DNA of 63,150 nucleotides from an uncultured Candidatus Saccharibacteria bacterium (GTDB lineage Bacteria > Patescibacteriota > Doudnabacteria > UBA920): assembly GCA_964532005.1 (NCBI GenBank), contig CAZHER010000006.1, forward strand, positions 1-63,150, read 5' to 3'. The notes beneath the pieces are model-generated. The model was not told the DNA's origin. It worked only from the letters and a program-made list of their open reading frames with translations, and made no database searches. Both the position numbers and the translations under genes were made by a program. This document shows positions 18,755 to 27,871 of this stretch, one piece after another (within the stretch, counting starts at the first letter, position 1; the number at the start of each line of letters is the position of its first letter).

Positions 18755-19669
18755 ATGGAAAACTACGAAATCATACTATTTTACAAATACGTACGCATAG
18801 AAGACCCGCATGCTGTTATGAAATGGCAGAAAGAGCTGCAAACCAAACTAGGTCTGAAGGGTAGGACCATTGTGGCCTCAGAGGGTATTAATGCCACCAT
18901 GGAAGGAACAAAGGAGAGTATTCAGGCTTATTTGCAAGAGTTTTTAGCAGACCCAAGGTTTGTGAACACTCATATCAAAAGAAGCGAAGGCACAGGCTCT
19001 GCATTCCCTAAAACTTCTGTAAAGGTACGGAACGAAATTGTGACATTGGGGCTTGGGACAGTGTGCGATATTGATCCTAACCTTTTAACCGGAAAGCGTT
19101 TGTCTCCAGAGCAGCTGCACCAGTGGATTGCTGAAAGAAAAGAGTTTTATATCATTGATATGCGCAACGCATACGAACACTTGGCTGGTTATTTTGAGGG
19201 TTCTATTTTACCGCCAATGGAGAATTTTAGAGATCTTCCAAAATTCATTGAATCAATTTCGCATTTGAAAAACAAAACAGTTCTGACTGTGTGCACAGGA
19301 GGAGTGAGGTGCGAAAAGGCTTCTGGATACCTATTGTCACAAGGGTTTGAAGATGTATACCAATTAGACGGAGGTATTGTTTCGTATATGGAAAAATATC
19401 CTAATGAAAATTTCGTAGGAAAGCTTTACGTGTTTGACAATAGGATACTAATGGGATTTTATACAGATGATCCTAAACATGTCGCTGTCGGGATTTGTAG
19501 TATTTGCGGTAAACATTCGGAAAGATTTACCAACTGCGTTGATCCCGAATGTCATCGTCAGGTTATTGCCTGCCAGGAGTGCGAGATAAGCGAAGGACAG
19601 AATTTTATTTGCAAGGAAGGATGCAAAGAAGAGGCTTTGTCAGGCAAAGCACAAAGAGCTGCTAGCTAG
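18755..19669 (+). CDS. trhO: Rhodanese-domain tRNA U34 hydroxylase (TrhO/YceA family)
   Basis: LFYKY, GRTIVASEGIN, IDMRNAYE, CTGGVRCEKAS, VYQLDGGIVSY and LYVFDNR motifs, with C-terminal Cys cluster. Confidence 0.88.
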   Translation: MENYEIILFYKYVRIEDPHAVMKWQKELQTKLGLKGRTIVASEGINATMEGTKESIQAYLQEFLADPRFVNTHIKRSEGTGSAFPKTSVKVRNEIVTLGLGTVCDIDPNLLTGKRLSPEQLHQWIAERKEFYIIDMRNAYEHLAGYFEGSILPPMENFRDLPKFIESISHLKNKTVLTVCTGGVRCEKASGYLLSQGFEDVYQLDGGIVSYMEKYPNENFVGKLYVFDNRILMGFYTDDPKHVAVGICSICGKHSERFTNCVDPECHRQVIACQECEISEGQNFICKEGCKEEALSGKAQRAAS

Positions 19670-20171
19670 GATATTTATGAAACCCTAGCAGGTACGCTAG
19701 GTAGGTGAATGCCGGGTGCAGTATATAAGTTGCCGCGATTCCAAGAATAACAGTTTTTGTAGAAAAAATTTCTAAATACCAAAATATCAACCCCGCGGTA
19801 ACAATATAGTCTCCATGGTCTACCAGCGGCATAAATTGTCCGTCATAATAGCCTGCGCGCCGTTTTATAAAGCTGCCAAGAGCATGGCCCAGATAAACAC
19901 TTAAGCCTAGAATAAAACCGTTAGTCAGGTCAGAGTCGGTATAATGCGCTATCAAAAGCCCTGAAGCTAAGGCCACAATAATACCTGGTATTGTTGTGGA
20001 GTTTCCCAATATTCTTCTGGAGTCATATCGTAAGGTTCTTCCTCCGTCTAGGGGCGTGTCGAAATTTTTGAATTTTGGGAAAAATTTACCGATCACATAA
20101 AGCCCGTTTAAAGAAATATTAACTATCCAGCAGGGTGCGGCAAATAGGAGTGCATTAAAAATTAAAGCCAT
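19662..20171 (-). CDS. CDP-archaeol synthase (CarS/DUF46)-like membrane protein
   Basis: PLDGG..DSRRILGNSTTIPG, GHALGSFIKRR and GQFMPLVDHGDY match the CarS-type cytidylyltransferase signature (PxDxG..G..KT, GD..SFxKRR, P.xDQ.D), with variant residues. Confidence 0.75.
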   Translation of the reverse strand: MALIFNALLFAAPCWIVNISLNGLYVIGKFFPKFKNFDTPLDGGRTLRYDSRRILGNSTTIPGIIVALASGLLIAHYTDSDLTNGFILGLSVYLGHALGSFIKRRAGYYDGQFMPLVDHGDYIVTAGLIFWYLEIFSTKTVILGIAATYILHPAFTYLAYLLGFHKYPS

Positions 20172-21627
20172 TTTTCCCAGACAGGTTTATTACAAAAAAA
20201 GTTTTTTGGCCTTGTAATTTAAAATATTCTTCAACAACGTTTATCACTCTTGGTGTGCATCGCTTTATTGCAAACTTTATTTGATAACGGTACAGACCCG
20301 AATTTTGCCCGATTAGATTTAACTGTTTTATTGTTGCCATTCGGTTAGGGGTAAGTGTAAGCGGGAGCTCCGTAGGTGTAATAAGATCGAAAGAAATAGT
20401 TTCATCGGGGTAGGTAGGGAAGCAGTTAACCCAGGGAACATTAACAGGACCCAAGTTGCTTAGTAAGGCGTTGTCAGAAATTAATTTTTTCAAAGGAACC
20501 TGACCGTCAGGATAAGCGTTGTAGATAGAAAGATTGTTTATAGACTCAATTTTATCCCATTTGATATGGGGAGTTTTTGCAGGGAGGTTGTATAGCCCAA
20601 CGAAAGCTCCATCCGATGGCAGTTTTTGCAGAGAATTGAGGTAGCCATTAAAGTTTTGTGCTAATGGTACATATGCAAATGTAATGGATAGGATAATTAA
20701 TAAAACCCCCAATCTTTTATTGTCTCCAGATTTGTACCAATAGATAAGAGTAAGCAGTATAACAATTAAGGTGGCTGACATGTACAAATTTAAAACGTGG
20801 TCGTTGGACATTTGAGAGAAATAAAAATAAATCACAGCTGTCAGCGCGGCATAAATAATTATTGGCAAAAGACTGAGGGCAAGTTTTTCATTCTTAGGGA
20901 TTTTTTTCGTAATAAACTTACTGCTGAGCAAAATGAACATCAGAGCAGAAAGAGCAATTGGAGCTTCCCTGTTGAAAACTCCACCATCTATGAGGTTTTT
21001 TAGTAGTGTAAAAGTTGTGACCGCATATAAAACAAAGAAAACCCAGGGTCGATTTTTTTGTTCATGAAACAATTCGCTGAATTTTATAATTGACAAAATC
21101 AAGCATGCTAGACCCAGTATGCCGCCCAGCCAAAACCAGAAGTTTGGAATAAGACCAATAAAAGCCCAGCCAGTATCAATATTCTCTTGGACTTGGTAGC
21201 CAAAAAATTTCAACAAAAGGCCATTAAAGCCTTTCAGAATATGGCTGTGTAGCAGGGCGGTGCTAGAAATTTCGCCATTATTGAAGGTGATTACAAAATC
21301 AGAAATACTGACCCCGATTTTTCTAAAATAGGCAATAAGTAAGATAAGGTTGTACGCAAAAGCAGTAATAAATGAGGTTAATAACCACTCCGCTCTGATT
21401 TTATACTTTTGTAATTGCTTAGCGATATAAGGCAGAGAGACTAAGCCCAATACAAGAACGTAAATTAGAAATAAAACCACTTTTACCGTACTGCGTCCAC
21501 CAGCGAAAATGTTAACAACACCATGAATCATTACATTCCCCAGCTCCGTATATGCAAACAAAACATAAAGCAAGAGCGTTGCTCCTGCCAGTGCCATCAA
21601 TGATTTGTAGCTGTATTTTTTTATCAA
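20155..21627 (-). CDS. Polytopic membrane protein (~10 TM) with C-terminal soluble domain, hypothetical
   Basis: Multiple hydrophobic helices, polar motifs HSHILKG, NIDTG and KNLIDGG. The TTG start overlaps the pilin stop (TTGA). Confidence 0.75.
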   Translation of the reverse strand: MIKKYSYKSLMALAGATLLLYVLFAYTELGNVMIHGVVNIFAGGRSTVKVVLFLIYVLVLGLVSLPYIAKQLQKYKIRAEWLLTSFITAFAYNLILLIAYFRKIGVSISDFVITFNNGEISSTALLHSHILKGFNGLLLKFFGYQVQENIDTGWAFIGLIPNFWFWLGGILGLACLILSIIKFSELFHEQKNRPWVFFVLYAVTTFTLLKNLIDGGVFNREAPIALSALMFILLSSKFITKKIPKNEKLALSLLPIIIYAALTAVIYFYFSQMSNDHVLNLYMSATLIVILLTLIYWYKSGDNKRLGVLLIILSITFAYVPLAQNFNGYLNSLQKLPSDGAFVGLYNLPAKTPHIKWDKIESINNLSIYNAYPDGQVPLKKLISDNALLSNLGPVNVPWVNCFPTYPDETISFDLITPTELPLTLTPNRMATIKQLNLIGQNSGLYRYQIKFAIKRCTPRVINVVEEYFKLQGQKTFFVINLSGKNGFNF

Positions 21628-22181
21628 AATGAAGAGCCTAATTGGTGGTTAATAAAACCAAATGTTGGCACGCCAGCGTATGTCATGTTCCATGTACTAG
21701 ATGCAACTTCCATATTTTCTGCATACACAGCATATTCTTCTTCACCAGCAATACATCCGCACCAGTTGGAAACAGCCCCCGGCGGCATATATACATAAGA
21801 AAAATATTTACGAGTTGAGCCATCATAGCAACTTTCCCCGCACGGATCCTCGGGCAGCTTAGCTATGTATTGTGATAAATCACCTTCCAGCTCTTTCCAC
21901 GCACCAGAATTTACCTCTGTTACTGTGCTGCAACTTGAGTCTCCTCTGTCTGGGGCGCAGTTCATGGTTCCGACGTATGGAGCATGTCCATTGTCATTTA
22001 TATAAAATTGAATTGCTGTATTTAACTGCCTCAAATCAGCTACTCTTCTAGTGTCTCGAGCTTTTTTTCTAGCCCCGGTCAGTGAAGTCATAACAATAGT
22101 AGAAAGCAACCCCAAAATGGCTATTACCACCAACAATTCAACTAGGGTAAATCCTGATTGGTTTTTTTTGAGTATTCTCAT
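21624..22181 (-). CDS. Type IV pilin / pseudopilin
   Basis: Class III signal KKNQSG|FTLVELLVVIAILGLLSTIV, ARKKARDTRRVADL helix and LPEDP motif. Confidence 0.9.
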   Translation of the reverse strand: MRILKKNQSGFTLVELLVVIAILGLLSTIVMTSLTGARKKARDTRRVADLRQLNTAIQFYINDNGHAPYVGTMNCAPDRGDSSCSTVTEVNSGAWKELEGDLSQYIAKLPEDPCGESCYDGSTRKYFSYVYMPPGAVSNWCGCIAGEEEYAVYAENMEVASSTWNMTYAGVPTFGFINHQLGSSF

Positions 22182-22184
22182 AAG

Positions 22185-22523
22185 TTACTTGCCTTTGTTG
22201 GTGTTTGAATTTTTTGTCGGAACTGTTTTGCTTCCGGTGTTGCTAGATTTGCCAGAATTGCTGGCAGGCTTAGTGCTACTATTAACAGATTTGACTGGCT
22301 TTTTTACCAACTGCGGTTTTGGTGCTCTAAATGAATATGCTACCAGGACCTGAATTCCTATTAAAACTACTAAAAGACCTACCAGTAAATAAAACTTTTT
22401 TGTTAAAGCAAAACGGCTGGGAGGGGGAATGTAAGCTGCTTCCTGTTGTTGTATTTCTTGCTCGTGCTTGTCAAAGAAATGGCTGAAATCCACTTCTTTG
22501 TCTGGCGGAGGCTGTGGAGACAT
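22185..22523 (-). CDS. Small single-TM protein with Ser/Lys/Asn-rich tail, hypothetical
   Basis: TM FYLLVGLLVVLIGIQVLVAY. TATAAT lies 6 nt upstream of the ATG; first gene of the pilin operon. Confidence 0.7.
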   Translation of the reverse strand: MSPQPPPDKEVDFSHFFDKHEQEIQQQEAAYIPPPSRFALTKKFYLLVGLLVVLIGIQVLVAYSFRAPKPQLVKKPVKSVNSSTKPASNSGKSSNTGSKTVPTKNSNTNKGK

Positions 22524-22618
22524 GGACTAATTATAATAAAAAAGCGCAAAAACAACAAATTTTATGGTATAATTATATAAATTTTAGGGCCGATGCACTG
22601 ACGATGAAACAAAAATAA

Positions 22619-24040
22619 ATGCCAAATATTTCTCCATGGATCACTCAACTTAATCGTACTAGACCTGCTGACAAGCTTGTTCAGGATCTAGAAACAGACG
22701 TAGCTATTATTGGTGCTGGTATTGCAGGCGTGTTTACTGCATATTACACTTTAAAGAATACTTCAAAAAAAGTTGTGTTGATCGAAGGGTATAGAGTCGC
22801 ACACGGTGCCACCGGTCATAATGCAGGTCAGGTGGTGAGCTATTTTGAGCGGCCACTGTCCGAATTGGTCAGTGAGTTTGGTATAGAAATGACCAGCAAG
22901 GGACAACTGGCAGTTGATTCTGCATGGGGACTTTTAGAGGAAGCTTTGGAGGATGCAGGTTTACAAACCCCAGTCGTACAATTCACTGGTTATGCCGGAT
23001 ACTCCACTTTCGAACAAGTTATACATAGAATTGAAGACAGCGAGCTGAGGGTTCGAATGGGTTTGTCGTCAAAGCCAATCATGTTAGCAGAGGAGTCAGG
23101 ATTTCAAAATAAAATCCCTGAGGAATACCAAAAATTATATACTTTGTTGAAACAAAGGGATATTTTAGCTTTACTAGAATCGGACAATCTGAAGTATGTT
23201 GCTGCATCGTCTTCCCGTAAAGGCTGTACCAACAGCGCCATGCTATGTGAAGAGCTTATAGGCTACATGCTAGCCAAGTATCGAGACCGGTTTGTTTTAG
23301 CCGAAGAGACCCCGGTAAAAGTTTTACGCTTACAAAGAAAACGAGCAGTTTTGGAAGCACAGAACAATATTATTTCCGCAGAGCGAGTAGTGTTGTGCAC
23401 GAATGGGTTTGAAAATATACACATTGAAAATGAGGTGGGAGTGGACATAGATGGCAGGTACCATGAGCAAGTAGAGGGGGTAATAGGTTATATGGCAGGA
23501 TATTTGGACAGTTTAAATAAAAATCCTACAGCAATAGGTTATTTTTCAGAAAATCATTTAACTCGGCAAGATCCATATTTTTATTTAACTCGCAGAGCTT
23601 ATGAAGCCGAGGAGAATCAGCGGCATAATTTAATATGCGTAGGGGGCCCTGAAACAGTGCTAGAAGACAAAGCAATTTATTCCAGAGACCGTTTATACCC
23701 AGCTCAAGCTCAACAAGAAATCGATACATTTTTAAAAACTGATTATAAGGATAGCCCAAAAAAGGAAATCAATTATCAATTTCAGTGGCACGGTTTAATG
23801 GGTTACACAAAAAACGGAGTTAGAATGATTGGGGAAGAGCCGTGCAATAATGTGCTATTATATAACCTGGGCTGCAATGGAGTAGGTATTTTACCTTCAA
23901 TCTATGGAGGCAAAAAAATCTCCGACATTCTAGCCGGAATTCCTCAAGAAGAATCTATTTTTGATATTCGGGATTTGCGCTGTTATATAAAAAATGAACC
24001 TTTGGTAGAGACTGCAAAGAAAGTAGAAAAGAAAGAATAA
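22619..24040 (+). CDS. FAD-dependent oxidoreductase (DadA/DAO family)
   Basis: DVAIIGAGIAG, GATGHNAG, VVLCTNG, WHGLMGYT and GCNGVG motifs. Confidence 0.85.
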   Translation: MPNISPWITQLNRTRPADKLVQDLETDVAIIGAGIAGVFTAYYTLKNTSKKVVLIEGYRVAHGATGHNAGQVVSYFERPLSELVSEFGIEMTSKGQLAVDSAWGLLEEALEDAGLQTPVVQFTGYAGYSTFEQVIHRIEDSELRVRMGLSSKPIMLAEESGFQNKIPEEYQKLYTLLKQRDILALLESDNLKYVAASSSRKGCTNSAMLCEELIGYMLAKYRDRFVLAEETPVKVLRLQRKRAVLEAQNNIISAERVVLCTNGFENIHIENEVGVDIDGRYHEQVEGVIGYMAGYLDSLNKNPTAIGYFSENHLTRQDPYFYLTRRAYEAEENQRHNLICVGGPETVLEDKAIYSRDRLYPAQAQQEIDTFLKTDYKDSPKKEINYQFQWHGLMGYTKNGVRMIGEEPCNNVLLYNLGCNGVGILPSIYGGKKISDILAGIPQEESIFDIRDLRCYIKNEPLVETAKKVEKKE

Positions 24041-24043
24041 TTG

Positions 24044-24694
24044 ATGTTTGATTTAGTTACACTTATTAAAACCGTTGGCTATGTTGGATTATTCGGCATA
24101 GTTTTTTCAGAATCCGGCTTATTTATAGGTTTTTTTCTTCCGGGAGATAGTCTTCTTTTTACATCCGGCTTTTTGGCTTCACAAGGGGTATTAAATATAT
24201 GGATATTGTCACCATTGTTGTTTGTTGCAGCTGTTGCCGGGGATAGCGTAGGCTATGCGTTCGGAAAAAGGGTAGGGCCGAAAATATTTAAAAAAGAAGA
24301 TTCGTTATTTTTTCATCGAGATCATTTGCTGACAGCTCAAAAATTCTTTGAGAAACACGGTGGCAAAACCATAATCCTTGCTCGGTTTATGCCGATTGTT
24401 AGAACCTTTGCGCCAATCCTGGCTGGGGTAGGAAGAATGAACTACGCCACATTTTTGTTGTATAATATTGTTGGAGGTTTTCTGTGGTCAGTGGGGCTTT
24501 TATTTTTCGGATATTTTTTGGGAAAAACCATCCCGCATGCCGATAGGTACTTGTTGCCAATAGTAATTCTAATTATTTTATTATCCATTTCACCTTCCGT
24601 GTATCATGTAATGAAAGATAAGCCTACTCGAGAAAAGCTATTCGCATTACTTAAGCAAAAAGCAATACAGATTAAAAACAAAGTCTTTAAATAA
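24044..24694 (+). CDS. DedA/VTT family membrane protein
   Basis: FSESGLFIGFFLPGDSLLF, GDSVGY and ARFMPIVRTFAP motifs. Confidence 0.92.
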   Translation: MFDLVTLIKTVGYVGLFGIVFSESGLFIGFFLPGDSLLFTSGFLASQGVLNIWILSPLLFVAAVAGDSVGYAFGKRVGPKIFKKEDSLFFHRDHLLTAQKFFEKHGGKTIILARFMPIVRTFAPILAGVGRMNYATFLLYNIVGGFLWSVGLLFFGYFLGKTIPHADRYLLPIVILIILLSISPSVYHVMKDKPTREKLFALLKQKAIQIKNKVFK

Positions 24695-24706
24695 TTTAGT
24701 TTATTT

Positions 24707-25615
24707 ATGCCAAAAAAAAATACAAAATTTGCCAGTGTAGTCTTGCCAAATGGCAAAAGCAAAAAAGATCTGGCTTGGTCTGACAGTCAGCTCGATGAAT
24801 TGCTTGATGTGGAAAAGGGAGGGTTTTCACCTCAGAGACTGTTGCGCATAATGAAGGAGCTTGTGGCAGGATACAAGTTTGTTAGTAAATACAGCAAAAA
24901 AGCTGTAACCATTTTTGGTTCCGCGCGTTGCGGCTTTGACGAAAAAACTTATCAAGATGCCACAGATCTCGGCTATCATCTTTCCAAAGACGGTTATGCT
25001 GTTGTAACCGGAGGTGGTCCAGGAATTATGGAAGCAGCAAATAAAGGAGCTATGAAAGCCGGGGGTAGATCAGTAGGATTGAACATACAATTAGAAACAG
25101 AGCAACGCATTAACAGTTACGTAAAAGAATCAGCTTCATTCCATTATTTTTTTACTCGCAAGGTTATGCTGGCTTCTGTTTCCCAAGTCTATGTATTTTT
25201 TCCGGGAGGTTTTGGAACCATGGATGAGCTGTTTGAGATGCTTACTTTGGTTCAAACAAAAAAAGTTTCTCCAGTTGCAATTATTTTAGTAAACAGGGAA
25301 TTTTGGAAACCAATGTTGACCTGGATTGAAAGAATTGTACAAAAAAAACATCACGCAATTTCAGAACACGACACCAAATTGTATTACGTCGCAGACCACG
25401 CACCCATGGCTTTGAGAATAATCCGCAAGCTGGCCAAAGAAGGCAAGTTGCATAAACGCAGAAAGCGCCCGGATATATGGACCCATAAAGCCGAGGGGGT
25501 TATTATGCCAGGTTCTTGTCCGGTACCAGAAGGAGTACCGCAAGCACAACACAGACAGCGTGTTTCTCCAAGTGGGAAAAGCGTTAACAAATCTAAGAGA
25601 AAAAAGCTTAAATAA
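24707..25615 (+). CDS. LOG family (TIGR00730) Rossmann-fold protein
   Basis: VTIFGSAR, TGGGPGIMEAANKG, FHYFFTRK and FPGGFGTMDELFE motifs. Confidence 0.92.
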   Translation: MPKKNTKFASVVLPNGKSKKDLAWSDSQLDELLDVEKGGFSPQRLLRIMKELVAGYKFVSKYSKKAVTIFGSARCGFDEKTYQDATDLGYHLSKDGYAVVTGGGPGIMEAANKGAMKAGGRSVGLNIQLETEQRINSYVKESASFHYFFTRKVMLASVSQVYVFFPGGFGTMDELFEMLTLVQTKKVSPVAIILVNREFWKPMLTWIERIVQKKHHAISEHDTKLYYVADHAPMALRIIRKLAKEGKLHKRRKRPDIWTHKAEGVIMPGSCPVPEGVPQAQHRQRVSPSGKSVNKSKRKKLK

Positions 25616-25626
25616 GGGAGAATTAT

Positions 25627-25658
25627 AAAAAGCACAGTAGTATGCTACTGTGCTTTTT
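25627..25658. terminator. Bidirectional intrinsic terminator
   Basis: AAAAAGCACAGTAG-TATG-CTACTGTGCTTTTT between convergent genes. Confidence 0.85.
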
Positions 25659-25673
25659 AATTAATGAGAGCTG

Positions 25674-26993
25674 TTACATCATGGTCCAGCCTATGCAGCT
25701 AGCAATGATAATTAGAAGTGCTGAGACCAGGAATTTTGCTGCGAATGGCTTGGTTCCTTGTAAAAATGAATAAAATGCCTTGCTTAGCAAGTTTGTTGCG
25801 TTAACAAGAATCAAGGTCAACAAAGCAAACTGGAATGAAACCGTGCTTCCTGCCATAGTGGCTAAGTTTACTAAGATAGCATCCAGTCCAGCAAAAGAAG
25901 CTATGATCGAGCTAATTAAGAAGCCTGACTCGCCAAACAGGATAAGGCAAAGTCCAGTAACAATTTTTACCGTAATCAATAAAACGGCAAATTTGAGGGC
26001 CGGTATAAGGGAAAAAATTTGTTTGCCGTCTTTGTCGGCAATTTCTTTTTCGCTATGCGGTTTGCGCAGGAAGTAGTAGGCCACCATCCCGGCAACAATT
26101 ATTATAGCGGCCAGCGTGGGTAAAATGAATACTAGCCATTTTGTGTTCAACGGGCCAACTAAAAGAAAGATCTGAAAGAAGCTGGCCATGTTGGCAAGTA
26201 CAGCTGCACCAACAAGATAGTCTGAGATTTTCACTTTGTTGCTGCGTTGGGCTAAGGATTGAGTGGTAGAAGTTGAAGAAATAAAACCCCCAATAAAGCT
26301 GGTGAGAGTAAAACCTCTTTTAGCACCAACAAATTTGCTCAACACATAACCAATCATATCTATCCCTGTCACCAATACTACAATAAACCACATTTTGCGC
26401 GGGTTGAGCAGTTCTAGATCCATAAACCTTGTTGGGTCAATATTCATTTGCGAAAGCAAGGATTGGACCAAAGGCAAGTCGCTCAAAGTATAAGCAATAT
26501 TCGGCAGGAAAGGGAGGATGACCAGAGCAATAATAGCGTAACTGATAAACGATTCTAATTCATGCCTGCTGACTTCGGAAACAAACTCCGTTGATTTGGC
26601 TTTTAGTGAAAGTATAAGAATCATTACAACAGCTATAGCTACTATTATTTGCAGAGGAATAACTGTGGTTGTAATCGCTACACCGATAAGAAAAGTTAGT
26701 ACAAAAGATACTTCCGTTGTCAGGCCAAAATCATCTGTTCTTCTGGAGGCGATAATATAGTGTGAGGTTAAAAGGGCAACGAAACCTGCAGCCATAAATG
26801 CAAATACTAAAGACATATTGTTGGCATAAAAGATTCCGGCAATTCCTCCCAGCAGAGAGACTAGCGCAAATGTGCGCAAACCTCCTGCGGTCAGATCCTG
26901 CATTTTTTTATGGGCACTGCTTTGCCGTTCAAGACCAATTGCTGCCCCAAGGAGCAGAGCAATAAATAGCTTAACTATTGTGCTTTCAATCAT
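25674..26993 (-). CDS. MgtC/SapB + DUF4010 family membrane protein
   Basis: LGAAIGLER, AGGLRTF, GLTTE, LPFLPN and GGFISSTSTT motifs. Confidence 0.88.
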   Translation of the reverse strand: MIESTIVKLFIALLLGAAIGLERQSSAHKKMQDLTAGGLRTFALVSLLGGIAGIFYANNMSLVFAFMAAGFVALLTSHYIIASRRTDDFGLTTEVSFVLTFLIGVAITTTVIPLQIIVAIAVVMILILSLKAKSTEFVSEVSRHELESFISYAIIALVILPFLPNIAYTLSDLPLVQSLLSQMNIDPTRFMDLELLNPRKMWFIVVLVTGIDMIGYVLSKFVGAKRGFTLTSFIGGFISSTSTTQSLAQRSNKVKISDYLVGAAVLANMASFFQIFLLVGPLNTKWLVFILPTLAAIIIVAGMVAYYFLRKPHSEKEIADKDGKQIFSLIPALKFAVLLITVKIVTGLCLILFGESGFLISSIIASFAGLDAILVNLATMAGSTVSFQFALLTLILVNATNLLSKAFYSFLQGTKPFAAKFLVSALLIIIASCIGWTMM

Positions 26994-27086
26994 ATTTGGT
27001 TTCTTATTTAAGCATTTTGTTTATAGGTTAATTATACTATAAATTTCTTAAAATACCCTGTTAAAAATGCAGTAATATCGTTATTA

Positions 27087-27115
27087 TTGACAATTTTATA
27101 ATAAAATGTTATAAT
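27087..27115 (+). promoter_or_regulatory. Consensus promoter with a palindromic spacer
   Basis: TTGACA-17 nt-TATAAT. The spacer contains ATTTTAT-A-ATAAAAT (27093-27107). Confidence 0.65.
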
Positions 27116-27166
27116 TATACGACGTGCTTATGCCGTCATAAACTGAACCTGAAGGAGGGTCTTGTT

Positions 27167-27817
27167 ATGTTTTTGAAAAAACAAACGATAGCAGACCTGC
27201 TTTTCGGGGTCCAAATCGTTTGTGCCGGTGTTTTTGGTGTAAGCCAGTTTGTAAGGATGCTTACCACTTCGCAAGGAGTGAGTATTACTTGGTTTGCATT
27301 CTGGCTGATGTTTTTGGTTGTAAACTTAGTGTTAGCTGTCCGCGCTCACAAAGCTCAACCAAGCCGCGTAACCGCTCAGACAATTGCCAGTTATTCAGCT
27401 TGGACAGTTGTTATCACAGCGGATTTGATCTTGATGGTCTCCAAAGGAAACGGAGAGTGGGACCACCGCGATTACCAAACAGTTCTGTATGCCGGCCTCG
27501 GAATAGCAGTAGTATTACTGATTGCTTGGTTTAAGAAACTTGAGTACTCAGATCCTATTGTAAGAGGTTGGCTTGCAGTTTTTTTCAAAGCTGTGCCACA
27601 GCTTATGCTGGCCTACAAAATCTATTCAGTAGGCGGCGCAGGGCTTTCCGGTGTTGCCGTAATAAACGGCCACATTACTATCATGACTCGTTTGGGTCAG
27701 CTCTGTTTCTCAATCAGAGAAGCAGGGTGGGACAGAAACCGGATTGGCTCCGCAATGAGCGAAATGGCAAATGAAACGAGCTGGATGGTCGCCACGATCG
27801 TTTGGTTCACAATCTAA
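27167..27817 (+). CDS. Hypothetical integral membrane protein (~6-7 TM)
   Basis: AGGAGG SD, hydrophobic helices, own promoter and downstream hairpin. Confidence 0.75.
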   Translation: MFLKKQTIADLLFGVQIVCAGVFGVSQFVRMLTTSQGVSITWFAFWLMFLVVNLVLAVRAHKAQPSRVTAQTIASYSAWTVVITADLILMVSKGNGEWDHRDYQTVLYAGLGIAVVLLIAWFKKLEYSDPIVRGWLAVFFKAVPQLMLAYKIYSVGGAGLSGVAVINGHITIMTRLGQLCFSIREAGWDRNRIGSAMSEMANETSWMVATIVWFTI

Positions 27818-27871
27818 AGAGGCGCTAGTCGTTACGACAGCGTCTCTTAATTTTGACTTTTTGCTCTAAAA

